From: Bugula neritina
Taxonomy: Eukaryota; Animalia; Bryozoa
Assembly (NCBI GenBank): GCA_964035545.1
Contig: OZ037769.1
Coordinates: forward strand, 3,391,929 to 3,455,928
DNA length: 64,000 bases
Reading direction: 5' to 3'
In this document: positions 47,101 through 59,719 of the stretch, one piece after another
Numbering within the stretch: position 1 is the stretch's first letter
How the letters are laid out: the number at the start of each line of letters is the position of its first letter
The notes under the pieces: generated by a model
What the model was told of the DNA's origin: nothing
The model's input: only the letters and a program-made list of their open reading frames with translations
The model's database searches: none
Position numbers and translations under genes: made by a program

Positions 47101-50100
47101 GTTAGTTATATTGTATCATAGGAATGTCTGAATTCAAACTACTAGGCACAACTGTATATGATTGATAAGCCATATTTTTCGACATTTACACCACATAGTA
47201 GGTAAATCTAGGAGAATTAAAAGCACAGCAGCAGATAGCTGTCAATATGCCATAGTCCTAAGTATAAGGGGGATATGATGTTGGAGTTAGAAGAAAATGT
47301 ACCAGAGAGCTTGGCTTCAAATATTGTTTCAAATTAACATTTTTCAGCTTATTTTCATAGGTAAACTAACAGTTATTGCTACATGCATGAATTTTTATAT
47401 CATCAAAGGAATTGAAAGTGACATTAAAACTGGCAGAAGCTGAGTATTATATTCAAGTAAATGAAGTGCTAGCCTACAACAGTCTTCAGCTACAAAGCTG
47501 GGCTAGCAAACCCACCATGAGGATTCTCCTGTAACTCAGTCTATCAATGCCCCACAGTTTGACGTCTGTTTTAGCCTTAACAGTGGCGGCCCTTGGAGTG
47601 CCGTATATGAGAGCCAGCTCGCCAAAACTACCGCCTTCGCTGATGTTTAGCACCATCTGATTGTTCAAATACACCTCCACCTCTCCCAAGTCTATGACGT
47701 AGAAGTTGTCCCCCTCATCACCTGAGCAGAGCAATAGCCTATGTACCAGAATACACAACACACTGGCTGCAGGTCTACAGGCTATAGTATTTAACTAGTT
47801 CATATCCAGTGTACAATTCAACTTCTCATATATGCACTATTGTTTTAAATTTCATACCCTCCTTGTACAACTTCTTAGTAAATACAAATTACAAATACTA
47901 TTATATTACTAGATGAACACACTGTACGATGGTACACCCAAATGAAAAACAATATTTACTCTGACATATGTAGATTGAACATTTAAACCTGCTACATGAA
48001 AAGCAACCTAAATGTCATACCAGAAAAGTGTGTAAAACATTTTATTAGGTAAAAGCTTAAAATCAAAACCTTAGACTTTTAAATTAAAAATAAACTTATT
48101 GATTACAACTCTACTAACCTTGTCGAATGATTATCTCCCCTGCATGTCTGTGTACAGGGAACATGGCATCAAATATATCACTGAAACACAATATAAGATG
48201 AAATTATATAAAAAATTCTAATCAACATCAGGTCAAACAACTTAGTTTGTGATCACGACAACTATTACGATGTTACATAACTTCTAAAAATCAATGTGTT
48301 GCAATCAGCTAGACACTAAGTACCATTCATTTTAACAGAGCACCGACCCAACACTACCAGATAATCATTTAAAAGGGTGCAGGTTTAATCAAAAGATGGC
48401 GACCATATAACTCCAGTCTAGATGTATAAGATATAGCCACGTGTAGTCTGAGAGATGATGCTATGCAGGTAAACTAACCTCCTCTCATTCTCATCCAGGT
48501 GTGAGAACAGCACGTTGCTAGATATGGCCTTGGACAGCGCTGCCATAGTTTTGTAGTCTTTAGGCACCACCTACCACACAAAGACAGATGACAGAACAAC
48601 AGATATTATACAGTTTTCTTCAACGTGAATTTTTCTGATCAATTATAGTATTGGGCAGTGACTGTGTGATGCAATTAGCTAGGTTCACACAACACTTTGC
48701 TTAGTTATATCAACATTTACAATCTTCTAAATAATTAGAAAGTTTTTAAAACATTTTTTACAGAGTAAATATATATAAACTAATAAGTCCTGAAAAAAAA
48801 CTTTCCTCTGTTCATATTGAAGACAAAATCTCAACAAACATCAGCGGTATTTCAAGGTAGGCACAGCAATGGAGAAAAGCCTGTGTTCTAGATTAGAGAG
48901 GTTTAATGCCGCCATATGGACAGGCCCCTAAGCACCAACCTTACCATAATAAAAAGTGAAGACAGAAGACCTCTCAGTAATTACAGAAACTTCTAACATT
49001 ATTTTATAACATTTTATAATTCAACTCCCAGTCCAAATTTCATTTTCTACACAAGAAACCAATACGATTGTTTCTTAAGATGTTTTGTGTGCTGGTGTTC
49101 CCCCTGTTCTACCCAGAAGTATATTATATACTATCATACATATCATGATATACTATCATACATATCATGATATACACCATTTGGAAACGCATCTATACTT
49201 TTTCTTCATGTCTGGAGACCAGAAAAGGTAGAAAGAGAAGCTCACCAAACAATATAGCAGTATAGCAATACAAGTCCAGAGTGACTTGCAACCATGGTGA
49301 AGGTTTTGACTCCTAATTTCAAGCAACTCAGAAAGTAGGAAGGGAACATACATTGCAGAATGAGTAAAATGACAACTCATAGTTATAATTACATTTGGAC
49401 AGGTTTCTATTTACCAGCACCTGCTCAGTTGGCAGCACAAATATAGAGGAATGTGAGGAATAAGAACTTCAAAAAGCCCTGACTATATGTACGTTCTGGA
49501 AGGAGATAAATAGTGGTACAAGTTGATATAACTACTACTAGATGACAAAGAGCAGGTAGAGAGCTGCAGGTAGTAAGCTGCAGGTAGTAAGCTGCAGGTA
49601 GTAAGCTGCATGTAGAGATTGAGTGACCAAACCTGTGGATGACCAGATAAAACACTCAGCCATCAAAGGTCAAGCACTTTTCTAATCATTCTAATCATGT
49701 TGACAAATGTAATGCTTCAAACACTGTGACATCAGCAAGCAAATCCATCATCTACACTTCATATACTACACTCATCACGCATACTATACTTCTATACTAG
49801 GAAATACATCTTTCTAATGCACGTATATCCCTATGGAGGCAGATTCAGTGGAGTTCCAGCTACAGGTGATATAGAAACTGCCAAATGGTAAACTACAGAC
49901 CTCACAAGAAGCCAGGACAGCAAGCAGGGAAGGCATAGTCTTGCTGACAGAAAGGTAGTAGTAAACAAACGTAAGGAACAGTGGCAGCAGGGAGGTGTGA
50001 AACATGTGAGAAATTTACTGACACAGATTGGAGCACAATTTGGTAGACTGAGTTATGCTAATGTTTATATGCTATACTTTTGGCCACCACAAATCAACAA

Positions 50101-53100
50101 ACTACATTGTAGATTGTATGGAGTATTCCTAACATATATATATCAGTCAGTAATTCTAAGTATAGAGTCAGCAGAGTGTAGAGTCAGCAGAGTGTAGAGT
50201 CAGCAGAGTGTAGAGTCAGCAGAGTGTAGAGTCAGCAGCTCTGAGTGGAGTCAGCAGAGTGTAGAGTCAGCATACCTTCTTAATATAGCAGCTGGCCTCC
50301 TCTTCAGTACACACCTCTGCACTGACAGCCCCCCTTCTTGGCCTCACTTTGTTCATCTTGGTAGGGGGCAGATCTTCTGTGTCATTCTCACTGGATATAG
50401 AATTAGTGGAGAGTCTAGACGTGACTGGCCGAGGCTTTGTGGACTCTTCCTATAACACACAACTCAACTATGTAGAGCTGAACAGTCCACTCTAATGGAT
50501 CAATACTGCTACACCCCCACACCACGTGCAGCGTACCACAGTGCTTTGAGTTCTACTTTAAACTTTCTATGACTTACAAGTTGAGAAAATCACAAAATAT
50601 ACAATTCACTGCAACTGTGACACTGTAAAATCAATGAGAGAAAACTACTAAATTTTATAAATCATTTCACTGAAAAATGTATAAATGTATACATTATAGC
50701 ATGGTATAAGTTTACTCTGGTTACATAATACACTCGCAGAAAAATCTATACTTGTGCTAGTCATATGTATTTTCAATACAGCTTGTGGAATATTTCTGCA
50801 GAATTCAAAATCCTGACAAATAAGTCCCTTGTACAGAGTTTCAGAAAGGTGCAGAGAAATCAGTTGATGCTCAAGAGTGATAAAAAATACTGATGATTTT
50901 AGATTAATTCAGTAGTGCAGAAATATGTAATAGTAGCAGAGTGCAGAAATATGTAAGAGTAGCTAAGTGTAGATTAGTCTTTCAAAATTAGTTGAAGAAA
51001 AAAAGTAGAGAGACTGGAGTAGGTAACAGATGCATCTTAAGGAGGATAGACAGAGTAGAGTGATTGACGTGCAGTATTAATAACTCATGTTATGCAACTG
51101 GCAACACCTAATCCCTAAACCCACACAAAGCATCCCCTCTCCTATAGATAGCTCAGCCCCTGCACTGGCGTTGTGAAAGTTGGCAGAGTAACAAATTAAT
51201 TGAACAAGATCTCACCGCACGCAAATGCAGGATTTTTTGATACCAAAGTTTTTCCAAATTTTCTATTTCGGTTCAATTTGTCAAAATAAATCAGATTGAT
51301 GAGCTGATCAGAATTAAACTCTGAAGAAATTGACAGGCTCAGCAGTTGCTCAAAATTGAGTGAAACACTGAGAAAGGTGACATGGGTTGAGAGTTGTCCA
51401 CTGCTTAACAGTGAAACGCTAGAACATTGATAAGGTCTTTTTGCCAAGGAATGGCTGAGTTACTAGAGAGAACTGCAACACATGCTTCTAACAAGTTTAC
51501 ATGAGGGCAACAGGTGATGGTAATGATGGTTATAGATGGTTTAGAGTTAGAGGTCAACACAAGTTATAATAAACTTCCATCAAGTGAACTGAGTGTCACC
51601 CCACCTTACAGAACATCACCAATCTTTGGTAAAAGTGATAGAACTGGTTTCAACACTGGTAGCTTTAAATTGTTTTGTTACATATTATCATGCACTATTT
51701 TAAGTAGATTACGGTACGAAATTAATTCATGGTTGAAGCCAACTCATTATAAACATCACTTCTGCCAAGTTTTATGTTTTTAGATATTAGAGGGTACTGG
51801 CAGAAGATATTGCTCAACATGGTTAATAATATTATTGTGTTATCTATTAAATTATATATCTATATTACTATATTTATACGTGCCAACGGTGTTGTAGTAT
51901 TGTATTCATCAGTAGGCTACTAGGGAGGGAGTTGATAATTTGGTCTTATAAAAAACTCACGCCAGTTTATAGTCACTATGCCAGTGAGAACCCTGATGAA
52001 AAGGGGTTTTTAAAGTGGGCTAAAGACTTATTCTAAGTGGTACAGGAGAAATTATGACTGAATGCTCTTCCAAACATCACCAATGACCTTTACTGGGGAT
52101 CAAATCCAGGACTTCTCGTTTACTAAGGTTGCTATATAATAATTTAGTTATATAATATACATACGCGTAATTGTAACCAAAATGAAATATGGATATATGC
52201 CAATACTGTAAGTGGCCAAGATATAGAAATCAATCTGGTTAAATTATAATATTCAGTTGCAGTTTTTCAACGCATGTCCAAAAAAAATTCTAGATATACT
52301 CTTCTTACAACCCTGCAACTGGTAGCAATTATAGGGACAGCAAAGGCTGGCACAAGAATTTATTTATAGAAAAGCTATACAAAATATTAGAAAAATTCAA
52401 TATTTTATTCTACATTTCATTCCATGTGGAAATGGCAGAGCTTGTAGTGCATCAAGTCAGTTAGCATTGAATATGTTACAATAAAAGTTCAATAGTGAGT
52501 TCATGTTCATGTGTAACAAGTAATTAGCTGAACTTAAAATTAAAACAAATCAGAATTTCTAAAGCACCAATTCATATGGGAGTTGGTTGATAATACTGGT
52601 TTCAAATATTTATAATGCGGCATCAATAAACTCAGTTAGGTGCAGGTTGGTGTTGATGCAAAACATGCCCAAAGAGACCAAGTAAACACTGTGTATTATT
52701 TTCTTACTCATTGGTCTGTTTCTAGACAAGTCTGCCTGCAGATACAACCAACTCTCTCGTGATTACGAAATGTTCTTTTAATTGAATTATTGTAAGCATT
52801 CAACTATTTTTAATGAAGTTGAAACAAAACTTTGGCTCTACACTCTACAGCAACTATCAGGAAGCTAAACTCTATCACCTATCATTGGTCAAATATTTTC
52901 AGCCACACTTCTGTTCATTTGAATTTAAACCAATAGTGTCAGAAAACTGCCAATCTATCCTCCAGAACCTTCTAGTGCAAGGCTGTCCAACAGGCCGCCC
53001 CAGGGCTGTCCAACAGGCCGCCCCAGGGCTGGAATGGGGGACCCCAGCCGACATTTATGTGGCCCTCAAAGGCTTAACTAAGAAATTTATTTTTCACCAA

Positions 53101-56100
53101 TATGTTAATTAGAGTGAAAAGCCACCTTTGAAAGGTCTTATTTATATAAATGCTACAAAACATGCAGCCTGCAGTAACTATTAGAACTTAATTGTGTAAT
53201 GATTAGTAAGAATTTGAAATAAAGTATTTTGAAAATTACTAATGCTGTGGGCCCTCAGGTCAAACAAAAGTCTACCTCACTACCGGAATATTCCCTTTCA
53301 GTGGTCCTAGCTCTGAAAAGGTTGGACAGCCCTGTTCTAGTGCATTCTATTGAGCCTTCTATTCTATAGGGCCACTGCTGACTGAGATTGAGATTAGATG
53401 ACGCAGAAAGATGGGTTTTCAAGTCAACCATGTTTCAGTGTCTTCCCTGCATGGCCTGGTGTGTAGCCACTAGCCATACACAGCAAGGCAAATCAAGAGT
53501 TATGAAAGTTGTTCCCAGTAAACAGCTCAACTCCGAATTCTAATTACACAATCAGCTAGATAGTTACCTTTCATTATATACCAATAGCTTGAGGGTTTCA
53601 AAAATTGCACGAATATTTCATCTTAATGGGATTACTTAGTGTCCATAGTCCATGTATAAATGTTTTCCTTTTCCCAATACAAAAGTCAGAGTCAATTAGA
53701 CTGAATGTGATATGGTTAGAATCTTTTAATACAGGCCGGGAGTACTGCATTGCTACATATAGACTAGGAGAGTAAAATTTGTTATGTAGATTGCTTACTC
53801 GAGTTTTCTTTAAATTTAAATTTCAAAGCATACTCCCAGCTGAACAAAAAATTTAAAAGCCCGTTTCCAGTTGCCATTCCTTATATGTCGTTACTTTGGA
53901 ATTAAATCTTAGTCAACAGCTTACTATACTATGGTATAACTGGACTTGGGCAATTAAAGCACCATAAAAAGCCATCCCAGCACTACAAATTCAGAATTTG
54001 TGGATTGTCCACTCTATTTAGCTCCAGCACCCTCTTAGAAAAAGTCAAAACTTAGTAAAAAATAGTTTGCACTTACTAATTGCACATCAGAGAGATGAGA
54101 AGTCACGCTGTTCATGGTGCTTGCTGCGTTAATCTGTGAAATAAAGCAGTGTCCGACCCAAGCAGCTTGGCCACTACTTCAAGTCAACACACTTACGTTA
54201 TCAACCAACAATAAAATTGTCAGCTTATCTCAAAACTGTAATTTGAAGTTGTATAGACTAAGCGCTGCGTTATCAAGGCTTTACTTCGTCACACTCCCAG
54301 TGGGGAATGACAGTTTAAGGTTATAGGCTGACCATTGATTGTAGTATTTGCAAACTGAATTAATACTACGCGCTATTGTACCACGATGTTACGGAGATGG
54401 TCGCTTCGCGGTTGGCTGAACGTAATATTCTAACGTTAATGAGCATAATATAGGAGGTGTATTCTTGTCGGGAATCTAGCTGGGAGAATGATTAGCAATC
54501 AATGCGGGTCTAAACGCAACACAGATGAGATCAATCGAAGGTGGAGACTCACTAATCGCTTTTATAACCATTAATTTGTTGCTCAATCACATCCCGCAGC
54601 CCTCATGGCATTTAGGATAAAATAGCGTCCCAAAGAGAAAGCAACTCCCATAACACACGCATTCTAGCATTAATAATTAACTGACGACAATTTAGCATCT
54701 CTCAACATCAAACTCTACAAAATCCCAATAATTGTAGAGGCTGAAAAATTGATGACCAACAATTAAATGGTATACTTTATAAATGTGCATGCCCGAAGGA
54801 AGTTTTCTTGGGAAACAGAATGAAAATGTTATTTTTGTTATGCTATGAACTAATTTGAATCTAAAATTTAATTGAAATGCGAAATGCATGAACAGTGACC
54901 ACAAACTAGCATGTAACAAACCCATCCTATAAATTAAAACAATAAAAAATTGTTGGTTCATTTTGTTTCTAACTGGAAATCATTTACACACACTTGGCAG
55001 GAATGGGTCAGCAACCAAGTGCACAAAACTCCAAAACTACACTGCAATAAATGCCTAATTTACAATATTGGTCATTCAAATATGTTGGGCAGACAACCCT
55101 TTAAGCAACCAGTTACAATTGAGCTTTCTGCATAAAGGGAGGGTTGAAATCCAAAGACTCATGATTATATATACTATATAACTTTACAGCCAGTTCCGAA
55201 AAAATCAAAATCTCAAGATGCAAGTTAGTCTTAGAAGTATAAAAAAATCTTTTCCATGTAGCTAGGACAATACTAAAGATTGCTCTAACACTAGTAAATT
55301 ACCCCTTTATCCTGGTGTATAATGCTTGAAAGTTTCAAACTCATAGGCCTTAAATATGTTAGAGAGCCATGTTTTTATATTAACACGTGGTTAAGCAGCC
55401 TTTAGCATTAATAGTACCAGCTATTCTTGTAGCTAAAACTTTAGGAATAATTATTTTCTGACGATGGAGTGAATGTACATGCAGAATATTAGTATAAACT
55501 CAAATAAGTGTGGAGTTGCCTTTCCAAAGATTTGCTGCCTTATGACATGCGTATTGCATAGATAGTAGTCACCATAGTAATGTCAATAGCAAATACAGCT
55601 GGAGGTTTTACTACAATCAACAAATCAATAAGTTTAACAATCTAGTATATTGGGGTTGTTCTTTGTAGCTAATTAGTAACAATTACCCCAGAGTTTGACA
55701 ATTATTGGCTGCATGTTCACATTACTTCCATTCTAATCGCAGGTCTGTCTATCTGCTATTAAAATCAAATTTGCAAGTCCATCAGTTTACTTTGAGTTGG
55801 CAAGGCAGACCGCATAAAACCCAAACACTTAGCAATGTTTATGAGAAAGAGATGAGCTGTTGAAGGCTTAATGATTATATTATTATTACAAGCACTACTT
55901 AACAGTGTACTTCACTGTGTGTTCTAACGGCAGTATAACCATCTGCATGAGTGAACTGCTAATTGAATAATTACAAGTCAAGAGTAAAACTATTACAAAT
56001 GTTTATATTGTTGCCAAATAATATATAAAACTGCAGGTTAGCTGAGTGTAACAGTCACAGATAAGCTGGTGGAAAACAACATAGCAAAGCTCTTGAAGGC

Positions 56101-57898
56101 TTCCATGGTGTTGAAAAGAATAATTAGGCTATTAGGTTAAAATTACAGTACTGCCAGAAGAAAACATTGAAAGGGCATTGTACTTGCTCAATCAGGTTTA
56201 GCATTGAACCGCTGAAACATTATTATGAAGAGATAGGCCATGCATGGGTCACTGGCTAATTGATAACATCAACTTGAAAAGAGTGGATTATATACAAAAG
56301 AAGTCACAGATTTTATTTTTTACTCATTGCAGACATCATAGTTTCAATTAGTTTATAAGAGCTTTCCTAGTTGTTTTTAAACAATTCAAAGTAGAACTCT
56401 TACTCAAAGCAAGGTGAATACGTAGTAAGGGGTGAAACTGACATAGAAATTGGTGAAAAGTGTTGATAACTCCAGAAAAGATATGAAACTGATTTTACGA
56501 CTCAAGTATAGTAGTCTTGTTTCAACAAGTACCAGTTAGTTAATTGAAAACACACAAATAACAGCAGTATAAGAGTACTAAGGGTAAATTTTAATCTCCT
56601 TCCCAAGAGAAAGTAATGTATGCATTTCCATGTATCATAGCTTAAATTAATGGCATTATAAACTAAAGTAATGGCTATTATATCTTTTGTCTGTCAACTA
56701 TAGCTTTACAACAGATAGGTTCATTAGCTATTATTAAACACTGATTACCTCCCCCTTGATGACAGAAAAAACTGATGGAGCTGCAAAGGTTTGCCTAATA
56801 AGTTTGTTGTAAGATGTTTTCAGGGAGGGAAGAGTTTAAAAACAGACCTTTAGCTTATATTAATGCCTTTTCAGTTTAAACTTGGATTGAAAATAAAAAG
56901 CAGAAAACTAAAAGACTGATGACGCTACTAGAGCCACTATATACACCAGTATTTATGATTATGCTACATTTAACTTTGAGATTATAAGGCTATATGTATA
57001 AAGAAGTTAGCATTTAACTTCTCCAATCTCTGGCCTTGGTTTGAGGTAATGTAAATAATTCAATATTATAGCAGTAAATTTAACTAATGAATTTTTCTAT
57101 TATAAAATCAGGCTAAGACTAAATAGTGAAAAACTATAAATGATAACCAAAATCAGCATGGATAGACAATTGGTATGACTATAAGTATTAGGGGGATTAT
57201 ATATTTTGATCATCATTCAATATCATTATGCTCCTTTTGAAATTAAATTTTATAATAAATTGAATATTAAAAATACTAGAACAAAATAAAAGTGAAATCC
57301 TTATAGTCATTTATAGTTATTAACTTGAACTTCGAGTAATTACCTTCAGTTTCAGCTTTGCTTTTAGTTTTAGTCTTAAAATAAAAGTATGTAAATTTAA
57401 TTTTAATTACAAAGTTAAAGTAATAAACAAGTAGCTACTACTACTCGGATTAGCATTGCAATAGGCATAGCCTATAACTATAAGTATAAGGTATAAGTAT
57501 ATCAAAAGTAAAACGAGACATTTGATAAAATTGAATTTATTTAGATAATCATATTCATTATATAAATAAGTTAATAACCATAGGAGTAAGTTTAAGTAAT
57601 ACTTCCAAGGTACTGGTAGACTTAAAGCTAAAGCCTAAACTACGTTTTTAGTTGGGGCAAGTAATAGTCAGTCATAGCATTACTATAAGTATTACTATTA
57701 GTATCAACAATGAGTATAACATTTTTTAAATTTACTTACGGTTTCCAATTTTTCAAAGTACTCTTTTAAAAATTTGATAGGACTTTCGGGTTTGTTGATG
57801 CAGAGTTGCACAATGCAATCTTTCAAGAGTTGTTGGATTTTATGATTTTGAACATAACTTTCACAATCTTTCAAGCTTTGCTCCTCTTTGTCTGTCAT
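44138..57898 (-). CDS. PRKAR1: cAMP-dependent protein kinase type I regulatory subunit; exons approx. 57740-57898, 50276-50449, 48479-48570, 48119-48181, 47516-47721, 46736-46796, 45835-45955, 44749-44831, 44138-44309
   Basis: D/D domain [33 protein letters not shown], pseudosubstrate RRGAVS, phosphate-binding cassettes [14 protein letters not shown] and [14 protein letters not shown], and C-terminus [10 protein letters not shown]. Confidence 0.96.
44879..45415. repeat. 21-bp minisatellite CATAGCAACCACCTGCTACAC with 6-unit higher-order structure (PRKAR1 intron)
   Basis: About 25 copies; variant units recur every 126 bp. Confidence 0.9.
50162..50271. repeat. 16-bp minisatellite TAGAGTCAGCAGAGTG abutting a PRKAR1 donor
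   Basis: About 7 copies. Confidence 0.85.
51962..52128 (-). mobile_element. Degenerate, 5'-truncated copy of the SINE at 29663
   Basis: GTTTATAGTCAC...ATGACTGAATGCTCTTCCAAACATCACCAATGACC matches the reverse complement of the SINE body. Confidence 0.75.
52978..53334. mobile_element. hAT-family (Charlie-like) MITE
   Basis: TIR CA(A/G)GGCTGTCCAAC...GTTGGACAGCCCTG. 8-bp TSD TTCTAGTG at 52970-52977 and 53335-53342. The left TIR is tandemly duplicated (23 bp). Confidence 0.9.
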
Positions 57899-58783
57899 GG
57901 TTAAGCAATTAGTGACGGACTCTGAGTTAGACTTGGTGAGTTTAACTTTCACTTTGAGTTTCGCTTTAACTTTAAGGTTGTTTTGCAATTTTAAATTAAA
58001 TAAAAGAAAACTTGAAATTGAAGCAAAAAATGATTAAAACTAAAAGCTATGCTTTAAGTATAACCTGATAAAAGAAACAGGCTAACTGTTTTCACAATGT
58101 TTCTTCTAATCTAATTATTCCTATTCTGCAAGCCTAAAGTTGACTCCAACTTGAACTTGTGAAAAGTTTTTGTTTCTCACGACCTGGGTGCTAACTGCAA
58201 CTATAGAAAACGGCTTCCGTTTTGACTGTCCGCTTTATCAACTATTTTCAATATCATTTCAAAACAAATTTCAATATTTTAATTGCATAAAGATTAATTT
58301 TTTATAATTATTTCATTAAAATAAATTTTAAATCAAATGTGTGAAAATCTGCATAAGATTGTGTGCGAAATGTTTTAGAAGTTGTCCTTGTAAAGAAGAT
58401 AACTCTTAGAAAAATATTAATAGTATCGTAGTAAGTAGGCTACCATTTTAAGATTAAAAATTAATTTATTACCTGATTTATGTACAAAGTAAGCTGCTAT
58501 TACTTACACCTGTAAAACATATCACTTGAAAAATTTGTAAGCATTTCTCTAAATAAGGTAAATATTATATAGGGTTTAAATTTTTTAAAGTATGTTAATG
58601 CCATGAAGTATGAAAAAAAATTTAATCTTATTGTATTGGACATGGTGACACAACTTTATATATTGTAATTAGTTTAACAGTATAATACCTTTAGTTAGCA
58701 GCTAGTTAGCTCATGTACATACTCATTTTCATAAATTTCTATTTTATATGTATTTACATATGTCACAAAACTGTTGGTAGCAG

Positions 58784-59157
58784 TGTGACGAGTTCGAAAA
58801 GTCTGGTAGTCAGAAGTGTATAGACAAGTAGCATACAGCTTGCTAATCCAGTCAAGAGTAAATAGAGTTGTGAATATGAGTAGACTTTATTTCTCAAGTA
58901 AGATATGCGCAGATGAACTTATAAAAATGAACTCCGAGAATGAACTCATAAAAAGGAACTTCGAGAATGAACTTATAAAAAGGAACTCCGAGAATGAACT
59001 CATAAAAAGGAACTTCGAGAATGAACTTATAAAAAGGAACTCCGAGAATGAACTGCTTTGTAAACACAACTGCCCCAGTATTTATAGTAAACAAAAAACT
59101 CTAGAACATTCTCAAGCATTCCAGTATAGAAGATTCTAGTAGGAAACATTCCCCACA
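58784..59157 (-). mobile_element. Solo-LTR-like element with internal 27-bp tandem repeat
   Basis: TGTG...CACA termini. On the minus strand the order is GAATGTTCTAGAG, TATAAATA, then AATAAA about 100 bp before the end. No clear TSD. Confidence 0.5.
58912..59055. repeat. 27-bp tandem repeat with alternating A/B units
   Basis: GAATGAACT(T/C)ATAAAAAGGAACT(C/T)CGA, about 5 copies. Confidence 0.9.
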
Positions 59158-59719
59158 TGCCAATACTATTTATAGAAAATCAAAACAAAACAAAACACTG
59201 GAATTTCCATGGTTATTTCGCAATTATTGCGCAATACCTTGTTTACATTGCTGGGCAGTAGTTAACATGACTAACCAAAACAGTAACAATGAACAATGAC
59301 CCATCTCTTTGATTAGTCTAGAATATTTATGAACATTCCTGTATAATCATGAGGAAAAACCCGGTAAGTCTATTTATAGGTATATGTACACTCAGAATTT
59401 GTGACAACATATCATGGTAGGATTGACTAGATATACTACATAATACATTCTAAGAACTTTGTAGGAAATACAAATTTAAATTGGTGGCTGTGGTTTAATT
59501 GGTCTTTATAATCCTACATTACTTAATTTTGTCAAACTTTTAGAGTTTGACTGAACAAACTAATAAAAAATGTGTAATCCTAACAACAACTACCAGCTTA
59601 CAATTTATAAACTAAATCTATACGTAACAGCATTAGAAATATTATGTGCATAAGAACATATAACATGTGTGCAAACCAACTCTAAATACAATTTTATCAA
59701 TCGCATCAATAATCCCAAT

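Noticed and set aside
58775-58817. Primer-binding-site-like strings TGGTAGCAG and TGGTAGTCAGAAGTG
   Set aside because: Orientation and position do not fit the inferred minus-strand LTR, and no gag/pol follows.
58912-59055. CRISPR-like array
   Set aside because: Contiguous tandem units with no unique spacers, no cas genes, eukaryotic context. The same applies to the other minisatellites.
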